Part shown: in pieces, positions 39,439 through 52,545 of the stretch
Layout of the letters: each line of letters begins with the position of its first letter
Position numbering within the stretch: the first letter of the stretch is position 1
NCBI GenBank assembly: GCA_965203295.1
Contig: CBDBCZ010000018.1
Location: 960,001-1,024,000 of the forward strand
DNA length: 64,000 nt
Origin: Nitrospirales bacterium
GTDB taxonomy: Bacteria; Nitrospirota; Nitrospiria; Nitrospirales; UBA8639
Reading direction: 5' to 3'
Made by a program: the position numbers and the translations under genes
Notes under the pieces: generated by a model
Told to the model about the DNA's origin: nothing
The model's database searches: none
Seen by the model: the letters and a program-made list of their open reading frames with translations, nothing else

Positions 39439-39543
39439 TAACCTCGTACCCAGGCCTCCCACCCAGACTTTATCTCGCAGCCGTGGAGAAAAGTTGCTTG
39501 CGAGATAAAGTCTGCATGGGCGGGAGGCCTGGGTACGAGGTTA
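39439..39543. mobile_element. 105-bp MITE with 9-bp TSD GCTAAAGCC
   Basis: TIR TAACCTCGTACCCAGGCCTCCC; TSD 39430-39438 and 39544-39552; empty site in D. Confidence 0.85.
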
Positions 39544-40724
39544 GCTAAAGCCATATTGTATAGCAATTGCACTGTAGCAACTTACCAATGCAGGCATGGC
39601 AGGATTAGTCCCCAAATGTCTGCCTGTAGAACTGCCCAGAAGAGGATTGTACACAGCATTCTTCAATGCTTCCAGCCGTGAAACTAGCATCAAAGCTTCT
39701 ACACCTTAATTCACCGGCAGTTGAAGGTGCAGTGAAGCATCGGACCGGTTGTGTATTCACTAAAAGGGAGAGAAGAATTATGGTGATACTGCTGTGCTAC
39801 AAACCTTACAAAACTTTTCTCCTTGACTCCTTATAGGTTTTGCAGACAGTTCTTCGTAAATACCATACAAAGAACTAGTGAAAAGTTCACCCTGAATGAA
39901 AAGGACTGACATTACTCCACCCACTGACAGACAAACTGTACAGATCAAGATGTGCCTGAGTAAGCCTCACACTAGCGATGTCCAAGTCTGCCTCAATCAC
40001 ACAGTGAGTGTAGTCAGTAAATTAGCTGCTAACTCTAATAATGTACACAAGAGTCACCTTTTGTCACTAAGGCAGTGAGAAGGCAAGTTGCAAGTAAAGC
40101 CACTTCACCATGTAGCCACATCCTACCATCCAGCAATATTGCCTTATCAATAGCTAGTGCTCAATTACAAAAGTTAACGCACACAGAAAAGGCAAACTAA
40201 ACTAAGTTAAACTTGCCGTTGTCAATGATTGTTTATATTGAGACATGCTGTTTTGTACATGAAATGAATTCCTTATTTGTGCACATGCATGCTGATAATC
40301 GTGCAAGCGGAGGCATTGTTCAGTTTATGAACATAGTATATAGTATATATAGGGCTCTATCCAATTGAATGCATGGAATACAATCACCTTATTTTATGGT
40401 CTGGGCGAGAATCATATAGTCACGAACATGCATGGGCAAAGGTAAAATTCATACTTTATGTTTTTTTTTGCTGAAAATGGATATAATTAGCATTTTACAA
40501 TCAATGTGAGTATCCTCATTTCTAGGCAAAAAAAAGCCAAAAAAAACCTGGAAATTAGGAAAGAAAGAGTCTGGTAGATATTAAAATGTGTGCCTGACAT
40601 GACACTGGGTAGAGGTTGGACATTAACGAAAAGAACACTAGGATAGCTGCAGTATTCCAGTAGCTAGTTTGAGGTCAATGTCATTTTATCACATTAAAAC
40701 ATCACATAAAACAGTTTGCGAGTG

Positions 40725-40849
40725 TCACTCATGAGGACACAGTCTGCCCCTCCTGAACCTGCGGTAGCAGACATCATCGCAGTAGATGGCAAGAGGGTCA
40801 ATTGACACGAGAGTGTTCTCAGAGACTGGGACTCCAACTCCAGGGCATT
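40725..40849 (-). pseudogene. Orphan divergent copy of the Cys/Arg terminal exon
   Basis: cgcag|AA TGC CCT... gives CPGVGVPVSENTLVSIDPLAIYCDDVCYRRFRRGRLCPHE*; lies within a ~525-bp insert (40644-41168) absent from A and D. Confidence 0.75.
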
Positions 40850-42884
40850 CTGCGTGTGGTGTATAAATATATACTGTGGTATGTAATGTTCCTCTCTAAG
40901 TCACTTTTTTTCATGAGATACCAGAATATGGTTTCGCGACTATGTTTTCCTATCAAAATTACACATACATGTATAATCAGACAAATAAGTAACTGTGAAC
41001 TTGACTTCATAATCCGTGAAGAAATAAAACTACTTGCTAATGGGGACACTGCAAACTTTTTATTCAATTTATCTTGCTGACCAAAATTAGTGTTCAGTCT
41101 GACTGGAAATGTATACATTTTGAGGAGGACAGTGATAACTGCTGGTGAGCTTTCAGCAAGCATTTAGACAGACCATGATGTGTATTATCAGTCTCATCAC
41201 TGTCAGGACTCCTCCACACCGCATTACACCACAGCAACACTCGTCGTAGCGATGTTGTTGTGCTGTCGCCTGGAATTCTGAAGTCTTGGATTCCTCATTT
41301 TTCTCTGTCAAGAAACAAAAACAGTTGCTATGTATATCTACACACAAGTGTAGGCCTGTTTATGCACCTATTTTGCACATGTGGGTGAGGAACCTGAGTA
41401 ACCAATATCCTATAGCCAATCATGTTTGATGTAATGTGAGGTTGCCCACATTCATTCCTGTATCTATGCCACACAGTAGATAATGCTAATGGGTGTTCTT
41501 TATCAGTCTGGTCGCTGTAGCAGAAACATAAACAGACTTGTTTGAGTCTACAATGCCGGCCTCCGTTGCAGGAGTAAGAAAGTGTGTGTGGGTTTTACTT
41601 AGCTAATGGACATAAATTATAGCTGATTCATGAGCGCTACCGTGGAGTTATTTTGCTACCCTCATCCCTGCAAAACAGATTAACCCCATGTTTCTATCTG
41701 GACTAGTGCTTCATATGCTTCGATGGTTGAGAATGTGTTTTGATGCACATCCTCCACAAAGATGGCACTAATTGTCATCAGTCCTTGTTAATGGGTATAG
41801 TTAGCTGCACAGTTCATACTGGTCAACCAGGGGCTATAGTTTAAGTACATTTTGTGAAATTAACTACATGTAATTAAAATCACGAAAGGAAAGAGAATGA
41901 ACTGGTAATTTGAGGAAGAGAGAAGGATTATGGACGAGTAGGCAAAAGCGACACATTCCACACACACATCAATATAGATCTATTACACAAACCAAAGCAC
42001 TCTGGCCACAATAAGAAAATGTAGTGTGTATATTTATAAACTGAACCTTTCGTCCTTACTACAGTGATCATGTATGAACATGCAAGTAGCCATGCTGAGT
42101 TGCTTTAAATGGAGTCAGTGCCATTCACTTACATGTACGCTAGGCTATGGCTGTGAAGAGTTAGGCTGTAGTCATAATGTGCCTATATATTTGTTTTGCA
42201 GGAATTGTAGTCTCCTCTGTTGTACTGCCCCCATGTGATTCAGTACGGGATCTGTCAGCAATGCTACAAGCTATTGTACAATGCAACAAATCTTGCAGGT
42301 TACATCTTTATCTCTATCCGTACACAGCGAGCCCAGCGAGCAAGTTCAACAAACACAAGTAGTTGTGTGAGCGAAGCAAGCACAACTACTTGCATTGTAC
42401 AATTAGCCAGTCCATACAACCACCAATACAGCAATTAATACAGTATATTAATTATTGTGCACCCTTATTATATTTCTGCATACAGGCCAATTAGCAGATC
42501 ATACTATATTCAGTAATATTTAAAGGTCAGTTGAGGGGAATCTAAAGTCCGAGGCGAAGCCGAGGATTTTAACCCCTCGCCCAAACTGACTTTTAACTGA
42601 TTTAATGTACATTGGTACAGCAATGATCCCTGTATGTGGCCTCATTTGAGTGCTATAAGCGTGGGAAAAAGTGGTTGCCATGGTAATGTACATTACCGGT
42701 ACAGAATAAGCCACATAAGTGCGTGGAGTATGGGAATGGGAGTTAGGTACAAGCTGTTTTCAAGATTTTTTCTTTCTTTTATCTCTTGCTGGATTTTGAT
42801 GACATTCAACAGGATGGAAAGAACAAACGTATTTTCACACATTCTATTGCTTAGTATAGTATTATTATTGCTACTGTTTGCAGT

Positions 42885-42890
42885 TTTATT
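42885..42890 (-). promoter_or_regulatory. Putative polyadenylation signal of D
   Basis: AATAAA on minus strand ~205 bp after the stop, homologous to 14330-14335. Confidence 0.45.
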
Positions 42891-43095
42891 CTACAGTACT
42901 GAGACATCTAACAGTACAGTACGTGACACGTACTATGCAATTTAGAGCATGCACGTGGACACATTTTATACAAGCCAACAATATATAGTAGTTCAAGGTG
43001 TGTCTACATTAGCTACATATACATGTAATAAACAGCTTCTTATGAAGTTAGTCACACTAGTAGTGTTCTAAAGCATCACGGTTTGCGAGTATCAC

Positions 43096-46000
43096 TCATC
43101 GAGGACACAGTCTGCCCCTCCTGAACCTGCGGTAGCAGACATCAACGCAGTAGATGGCAAGAGGGTCATTTGATAACAGGAAGTTCTCGGGAACTCCAGT
43201 AGCAGGGCAGTCTGCATGTGATGTAATAGTCTATGTAAGTCAAGGGCAGATGAACTAAATCAGAAAAGTTATACTGTTAACCAAAAAGTCGTTAATCTTA
43301 ACTGCACATTGTTTGAAACACGAACAACTAGTCTAAAGAATTACATGTAAGGGACACAGTATATTGTTATGGCAATACAGTAACCGTGCCCTCATGATTA
43401 TCATAAAATATTATAATTATTATAAAAATACTATCATTCAAAGATAAATTGCTAGACAGCTAGGCTAATAACCATGCATGCAAACTATATGACCAGTTAT
43501 AATAAGGATCATAAACTCACGATCATCTGATGTTATAATTATCCTTGTCTGGTTGCGTGTGATGGAGACAGGCACCTCAGAGGAGACTACGTCCAATCTG
43601 ACAAAGAAATGCTCGTTTGTTTCCAGGAAGTCGTCATTTATAATCTCAATTTCAGTGGTGTAGGTAGTCATGAGTGAGCTAAACGTCAAAGTTATGTCAA
43701 CAGCACGATAGTCATCTGGAGCTACATGAGAGAATAGAATATGAACATGCCGTAATTAGTATTCTTCACATTATTTGTATCTGTGAAAATACTGAATTTA
43801 CTCAGTAGGAGATAACCAGAATTGGTTAGTAGCAATTCTGTACATATATTGTCTTTGTAGATTACTTACTTGTAGCCACTCCATCTACTGTGTACATCCG
43901 CACAGTGACTGTCGTTTCTAATCTTCCTGACAACACCTGCACTGTCAATGGTACACTTCCAGTGCCTTCACTTGCATGATAACGAGCTTGAGTGAAGCCA
44001 ATGGCAATGCCTGCACAGATAAAAAGTATCAGAATGCAAGTTAATATGTACATGTAATTATACAGCGACTGCATAATTAAATACCATCATTATTGATAAT
44101 CGTTACGGTTGTAGTAGAAAGCTCTCCAAGTGACAGCCCTGTTTCTCCTCTTCGAGTGCTGAGCTCAACACTGAAGCTTTCCATGCCCTCTGCTATGCTA
44201 TCATCTATAATTTGTAATGTGAGGGTTTGCAGCTGTTGGTCACCACCAGGTGGGAGTGTTAATGTCTCGGTTGGAGCTGTGAAGTCTTCTCCAGCTGTAT
44301 TTGAGAGACAATGGTGTGAATCATTTGTACATAAGGTATAATAAGGTTTCCTTACCCGTTGCATTCATCAATAATACAGTAACAGTGACTTGCAATGGAG
44401 TGACATTCTCTCCTGTCTTGTCAACTGTCAGTACCAGTGTTCCATCGGCTTCACCTGCAGTGTACTCAGGTTGAGTGAACTGCACAGTCACCACTGTAGG
44501 TGGAGATGGTTGTTAGGATGAACTGCTCGCGAATTGCTATTGTATAGTTGTACTGTTATTGTGTAGTGTATTTCTCTCTAAACAACACTTAGTACGTTCT
44601 GCTCATTCACTGTACTTAGACTTGACAGTGTGGCACCTGCTTTTTGAGCTGCTAAGTATATGAAGATTCTCAATAGGCTCTGCAAAACAGTCAGTATTTT
44701 CACATTAGAAGAGGGGCAGGTTTCTACCTATGTTTCTCAGCTTGTGCAGGTGTCTTGGCTTTTTAAAGTGCCGCTTGACTGCTCTTCAGTAGGATCAGGA
44801 TCATTCTATATAATTCCCAGCTGCTTAGGACTACCCAGGTGTATGAGGCTAGCTAAGGACTGCCAGTGAATTGATTTTTTTTGCTATTTTAAAAAATAGC
44901 TTTGTCCTCAAAACTGAAGTTAAAAGTATATGTGTACCTTATGAGCATATGACCAAAATTTGGATATTTTGAGCAGCTCCTGAAACACATTTAAAGAGTA
45001 CTCCCACATTTAGGAGGGATAAGTTGAATTTTGTGGCCATGGGTCAGCCTACTCTGGTTCTCGGCCCTTCATACAATTTTAGTGTAACAACATGCAGATT
45101 ACACAACTCACAGTCATTGTCCTGGATAATTACAGTAGCTGTATCAGGAGAAAGGACCACCGTATTATCTGGGGAGTCCAGGGGACTACGAACTAGGTTT
45201 AGTGTGAAAGTTTCTGAGGGATCCTCCAAGAAAACATCATTAATGATCCCTATATTCACCAAGGCTGTCAGGTTGTTCTGATCCAAAACTAGTTCTGTTG
45301 TCAGTGGTGTAAAGTCAGTGGTAGCTGTAAACAGAGAAACAGACTGTCAAGAAGTCTATCTGGGCAGTTTATAAAGAACAAAAATTTAGTTTCAGTCTTA
45401 GTTAGCCAACAAAAATGAAAAGGGTTAGTAAAGTATTAGTTAACCATTTCTAATATAAATGGTCCGATTGAATTGTAATAAAAAAAGTAGTCCCTCTGAA
45501 GTTTTAGTTTTAGTTTACTAAATTCTTTTTTACTTCTAAGACCGCTTTTAATTATTTCAATTAATTAAAGCAACACTAGTCATAGCTCACCGTTATAATA
45601 TATGTACATACTTTATGTAATAGCTATATATGCTCACCTGTTGCTGTGTCAGTTGGAAGAACTGCCGTTGAGAGCATAACACGGATTTGTCTCTGAATAA
45701 TATTATCACCATCCAGTACGGCCGCGGTGACTGTTACAAAGGCAGCTGATTCCATCACTGTGTATTCTGCCTCATCAAATCCAATTATGACAACTTTAGA
45801 AAGATAATAATAATTTAATATTGTTTCAATAGTAACTACTTCTCATGTTAAATGTAGCAACACTCAAATAGGCAGCTGTATGCAGTCTGTTTTCATTATT
45901 CTAGGTGCAGTAACCCCCCAAATCATAAGATGTTAGTAGAAAACAAAACAACTTTTGCTGTAAATCATTAGCCTTGTCATCAGCAACACCATTCGCATGA

Positions 46001-49000
46001 ACAATAACATTTTGATGAAGAGGAGGGGAAGCTGCATGTAAGTTATTGGATGTACTAAGCTTAAGCAAACTTACGTCTATTTAACAAGAGAAACCCATAA
46101 ACATGAAACATCTTGATAAACGTTTTCTGAGCTGTACCTTCATACTGGCAAACATGGCAAAGGGTAGCTGTGCAGCATATTATGTCTTAGAAATTCCTGA
46201 CAATCATGGAAATCCTAACCAAAATTTTAATGGCAACGCTTTTTGTGTATCGCATATTGTTGATGCAGCTTTGTAGAAACTGAAAGTAGGATTCCTTTCT
46301 GATCGTCTCACAAGGATAAAGTTAGCAATGTGATGTTAAGCCGTTGCTCTACATCTTGTTCTACCAAGTGTAGGGGGAATGCAGTTAGGGATTGCTCACA
46401 ATGACTATCCGTTATTTCCACAACAGTCAGATCTGGCACCAGGAAAAAGTATGGAGGTAGTCCATCTGGATGACTGAAAGGATCTGGAAATATCTGCACC
46501 GTGAAAGTCTCAGTTTCCTCTAACAGATTATCATTGTTGATAACCACTTGAATACAAGATCTATTGTTGATAGAAGTGATGTCATCAAGGATTAGATCAT
46601 CATTACCCTCCGATAGTCGTCCATAATCCCCAGGATCTATATGTTACAAAACCGCATATCAAAAAAAGAGAGGATATAATTATGGTGGCAAAATAACCAA
46701 CCTGCAGCAGTGCCCCTGATGGTAATTGCAGCAAGGGTGATACTGGTGTCACGCGGAAATGTATTGCCTGTGACACTCAGAGTACGAACACAGATTTCAA
46801 GAATGCCACGCCTCTCATTCACAGAAGTAAATAGTTCCTCCCATCCAATCGTCACAGTTGCTGCATAAAAAATTCACAACTGTGAACAACTGAACTATTC
46901 TTAAGGAACTGAGCTACATGTACATTTCACATGAAACTCTTCCCCGCGTTTGTATTCTTTTGAACCTATTGTCTGTTCTGTTGTACACTTGGGAGTGAAT
47001 ATTTGTTCACAATAACTAAAATGTATGTTAATGCATGCTTTTTGCTTTTAACCTGCTGACTATGTTGGAAATCCTTCACCTACAGCATACCAACTAACCA
47101 TCATCATCAACAATGAAAATCTGTGTAGCAGCAAAGAGAGCACTGCCATCAGGAAGTGGGCCACCGAGATTGATATTCAGCCCTGATTCTTCTAGTGACA
47201 GTTCAACACGAAACACCTCAAGTAGTTCAACTTCGTCATCATTAATTAACTCATAGATGTAGGGTAAGCTTTGCTGATCCGATGAAAACACGTTGGACTG
47301 AATCAGAGGAGTAGTTATATCTGTGCCACTGAAATCCTGTTGATCAATATTTGCAGCACTTGGACCACTTCCTGTGATTGCGTTGAACGTTACCTGAAAT
47401 GTTAACTCCGACTGCTGATTGTTCCCTTTGATGACTGGGATTGTAGTTTGATCACCAGTAGCATTTAATAATTCAGAAACTGTGTAGCTGCTCTGCTCAA
47501 ATCCAATAATGAGAGCTGTATAAAAAGAAGTTAAACAGCATCTACATCTCTATCCTCGTACCCAACAAATATATCTATAGCCTCGTACCCAACTGCACCA
47601 ACTTCTTCCACTTACAGGAAGAAAGCCTGTGCAGAGGGAGTTACAACCACATGATAGCAACCTCACCCACTTATATACGAAGCAATGTCATACCGTACTG
47701 ATGTACGGTTAAAAGTTCCTGCACTATTGTGCTCCTTTATACTACCCAAGTACAAAGATAAAGTCGGAGAAGGGAGCATATATACATAAAAAAGTACTTT
47801 GCCAAAAAGTGCTAAAACAAGTCATGTAGGGATGCACTTCCACCAAAAAACACTTACCCAAAAACCAATGAAACAAGCGACAATGCACTGCAATGCATGT
47901 GCAGACTACTAACAGGATAGCTAAATGCATTGCGATGTGATGTGTGCACATCACATCGCAATGCATTTAGCTATCCTGTTAGTATTTTTAAAAAAAGCTG
48001 GAAAGGCTGGGAACAATACTAGCACAGTATTTATATCAACTAACCACACCTAGAATATAGCTATACACCTTCTTTCCATTACATTAATGGACAAGTGCAT
48101 CTGTAATTAGGTAATCCTTCTATCTCAAAGCATTAGATAAAGTTCTTTTTTACTACATGACATGATAATATACCACTCCTCTCGTCCTGATACTGCATAC
48201 TCTAAACAGTCTCTTCTCTATACCCTCATACAAAGCAAACAGTACTGCATTCCCACACTTACGATCATTATCAATGATTCTTCCCAGAGTGGCAAAACGT
48301 CCACTTTCTAGATCAACTCTAGCTGGATCCACTGCATCAACCACAACTAGAAGTATGACAAATAATTGTACTGCCTCATTGATAGTATCATCTACTATTC
48401 CAATATCGATTATCTGAACAGCTGCATTTCCAGCTGGGAATGTGATTGAAATTCCGGTATTGCTAAGTCTTGAATACCTGATGAAACAAGAGCTAATTAA
48501 TATCTGTATACATGCTTCTTACATTGATATGCTTCTACTTACTTGTGGCAATGATTGGTCGTCTGAAATTGAAACTTGGAACAACAGGAATTACATCAAG
48601 GACGGGTGATTGTGAATTATTTACAGAAGCATAGTCCACTGGAGTAGCCACAACAGTCAGGTCAGTGCCTATGTTAGTAAGCAGCTGCACAAATGGACGT
48701 ATAATCCTCATTCCTTCGACACTTGAATAGACTGAATCAATAAACTGGAGAACAGCCGCTGGAGATGAGAGTATGAAGCACATGTAATATAAATAATGTA
48801 TGATTGTGTGAAATTGGTCGCGCAATGCTAGGGGGCCAATAGCACCTACGTATGTATCGCACACTTGGCTTGGCGGTAATGCAAACACCGGTTACACACT
48901 GTGACAAAGTCAACCGGTTAATAAACATAAGACCACAAGACAGAGTAGTCCTTCCATGCAGTGGCGCATGCTGGCCCAGTGCCAAATTTGGTGAGAGCCC

Positions 49001-51613
49001 GTCAAACACATGCCTGCCTCAGTTTGCCAGGCACTGCTAGGAATCATCATTTTTCACACTAAAGAATGCCTTGCAAGAAATCACAAGTGGTAAAATAGTG
49101 GATGGATAGTCAGAGAAGCAATAGCTTGCATACCCCTTATATTCTCACATCCTGTTACAATGTGGTGGATCACAGAATGTTAAGCTACTGAGTCAGAAAC
49201 ACTCTAACTACACTTGGTAACCCCTGGTATCTGGTATTCTGACTTGTAAGATACTCCAAATAAAGGGTATAACCATACCGAGTCAGGGAACTCCTTTTAA
49301 TGGATTTTGTAACTCTTATATAAATAGAGAAGCTGTAAATGCACAGTGCAGCTATGTGGATTATTGGGCCAAATCAAAGTTACAGCAAACACAAGGTTAG
49401 TAAGTCCTTGAAATGGTAGATTTGGGGCTATCACAAACTTGACACCACAGCTTGTACGCATTATGAATAATAAATTTCATGCTCTCAAAAATAGCTTTTA
49501 ATTACATGTGCTCTCTATGGACAGTGGATGCTTCATACCAAAACTGCAACATTAGATGATGCATATTGTTAATAGTACGTTAATATACCTTCTCTGTCTT
49601 CAATCACAACTCGAATTGTTGGAATTGCAAATGTATTGGGGGCTCCAGCATTCAGTGCAGCACGTGCAGCACGTGCAGCAGCATTGGCACCCGTCAGAGT
49701 CAGTGTGAAATCTTCAGGTCGCTCCAATGCTATTCTGTCAACTCGAATGACGGTCTGAATGCCGGCTGGTACAGTAGCATCACCTATTGTAACACTCCTA
49801 GAACCTAATGGAACTATGAAGTCATCGTTGGCACCCTCCCCTGCAATGGAAAGAGGTTGGAGCATTTAGCTACTGTATACATCATATACATGTCATGTCC
49901 ATGTAGATTTCACAGTAGTTTGTGTAGTCTGAATTTGCTAATTAGAAAAGTGGCTGCCAAGGAAAGTGGGTATGATGGGAGCCAAGCAGACTATATGAGT
50001 GAAACCATGTAGAGGTAGGCAGAGGAAGACTTGGAGGAGAGTAATTACTTCCTCTGCCTACCTTTATGTGGTTTTACTGCCCACTCATTATCCCACCATT
50101 TAGGTGCACTCTTAGCTATCCTCCTACCTCTTAAGGACTCTAACCCAAAACCCTCTTCATACTGCTTCATTACACATTTTAAAAGAGCAACCAAATACCT
50201 TAATAGCAACTTTAATCTTTGATCCACATCCTTTCTTCATAGCTTACATTTTAATAATACTCCCCCTCTCCTCTATTGCTCTCTGGAAAACCTTGCCTAG
50301 CAAAGGTTCTGCAAATTTCCATAGTGCATGAGCTTTTATTTGCAGTACCACACACATACAACAAAACTTGATACACTATTAATAGCTGCTTATACATGTA
50401 CATGGGAATGGTGGACAGACATAATTAGTATAATATCTGTTCCTACATGTGGAATTGCTGTGCATTGTTGCATTAGCAAGCTGAATCAGCCTTGTATACA
50501 TCCAAGCTGAACGGCCATGAGTTGTTGGATGACAGTGCATTCACTCACTTGCTGTTCCTGGTGTTACTGTGACAGTGAAACGTAATTCTCCTCTACTATC
50601 CTGCTGCAAAAATTCTTCAAAAAGTGCTCCTTTAATAAACCCTGCTTCCAGTATAGTAACATCAGCACGCTCTTCAATTGAAACGTCAGACCCATCCAGC
50701 CATCCAAACACTGCCGTGACAGAGACATGCACGACATGAGTGAGAGGGCCTCGTATAGTGTGCTAAATAACAAGACAGTGTGTCAAACAGAGGGTGGGTG
50801 CATACATGTATGCAAATTTAGATTCTGATTGAAATTTCTTCTTGTAGTTATCAGGAAAACTGTAGCTATACGCAATGTGAATCAGGGCAGAGATATGGGG
50901 GGGATCTGTGTGGATTAATATTCTGCTCCTTAAAGAATCTAGAATGCAATGTCACCATATTTGAAAGCTCTGCTTTTGAGCTGCACTAGTCATGTATGTG
51001 TATTTGCTTCGTCTATGATCATGCGCAGGGTTACATCCCCCCCCCTTATTGGTAGCTATCTTTTCCCTTATAATTAGGTAATATTGCAAAGGGTCTGTAG
51101 TGAAGATGTGAAAGCTGTACCCACTTCCAGTCATACATGTTTTAGTGCTAGTTTATCCGAATAAATAGACAATTGTGTCCAATCGTTCAATTATACAAAA
51201 CCTTAAAGTTTGCCATACAAAACTGTTGCCCTGAATAAACTTCTCACAACTACCTAAATTTCAACCACTGAGGACCATTATTAATTTTGGTAATCAGTAT
51301 AAGAAGTGTGACACTAGCAATATAGTGACACTAGCAGTATAGTGCATTAAATTTACATTACTGTGCATGTAGCCCTGAGAATTGTGAAAGAAGTAGCTAA
51401 AGCCATATATTGTATAGCAATTGCACTGTAGCAACTTACCAATGCAGGCTTGACAGGATTGGTCCCCAGAAGTCTGCCTGTAGAACTGCCCAGAAGAGGA
51501 TTGCACACAGCATTCTTCAATGCTTCCAGCCGTGAAACTAGCATCAAAGCTTCCACACCTTAATTCACCGGCATTTGAAGGTGCAGTGAAGCATCGGACC
51601 GGTTGTGTATTCA
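43096..51613 (-). pseudogene. Paralogue D: 6-Cys module - Calx-beta x7 - Cys/Arg tail, no TM exon; 1-bp frameshift in exon Calx2b
   Basis: Exons 51440-51613, 50549-50710, 49589-49840, 48543-48758, 48263-48477 (215 bp vs 216 in A and C), 47099-47515, 46702-46860, 46400-46636, 45638-45793, 45112-45324, 44356-44493, 44085-44294, 43870-44010, 43521-43721, 43096-43211 (stop). Could be functional if the lesion is an assembly error or the exon is skipped. Confidence 0.75.
47790..47984 (+). mobile_element. Fragment of the fold-back family ending in a perfect 38-bp hairpin
   Basis: Similar to 10780-10920; arms 47907-47944 and 47947-47984 with a 2-nt loop. Confidence 0.65.
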
Positions 51614-52344
51614 CTAAAAGGGAGAGAAGAATTATGGTGATACTGCTGTCCTACAAACCTTACAAAACTTTTCTCCTTGGCTCCTTATAGGTTTTGCAGA
51701 CAGTTCTTCGTAAATACCATGCAAAGAACTGCTGGAAAGTTCACCCTGAATGAAAAGGACTGACATTACTCCACCCACTGACAGACAAACTGTACTGATT
51801 AAGATGTGCCTGAGTGAGCCTCACACTAGCAATATCCCAGTCTGCCTCATTCACACAGTGAGTGTAGTCAGTAAATTAGCTGCTAACACTATGTAATAAT
51901 GTACACAACAGTCACCTTTTGCCACTAAGGCAGTGAGAAGGCAGGTTGCAAGCAAAGCCACTGCACCATGTAGCGACATCCTACCATCCAGCAATATTGC
52001 CTTATCAATATCTAGTGTTCAATTACAAAAATGAACACACACAGAAAAGGCAAACTAAACTAAGTTAAACTTGCCGTTGATTGTTTATATTGAGACATGC
52101 TGTTTTGTACAAGAAATGAATTCCTTATTTGTGCACATGCATGCTGATAATCATGCAAGCGGGGGCATTGTTTTGCTTACGAACATTTATATAGGGCTCT
52201 ACCCAATTGAATGCATGGAATACAATCACCTTATTTTATGGTCTGGGCAAGAATCATATAGTCACGAACATACATGGGCAAAGGTAAAATTCATACTTTA
52301 TGTTGTTTTTTTTGCTGAAAATGGATATAATTAGTATTTTACAC

Positions 52345-52545
52345 TCAATGTAAGTATCCTCGTTTCTAGGCTCCTCCATGTACATTTGCAAAAAAAAAGC
52401 AAAAAAATGAAAATGGAAGTTAGGAGAGAGACAATGTAAGTATCCTCGTTTCTAGGCTCCTCCATGTACATTTGCAAAAAAAAAGCAAAAAAAAAGAAAA
52501 TGGAAGTTAGGAGAGAGACAATGTGAGTATCCTCGTTTCTAGGCA
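52345..52545. repeat. ~86-bp tandem duplication, copy number varies between units
   Basis: CAATGT(A/G)AGTATCCTC(G/A)TTTCTAGGC-type motif occurs 3x in D, 2x in A, 1x in C. Confidence 0.7.
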
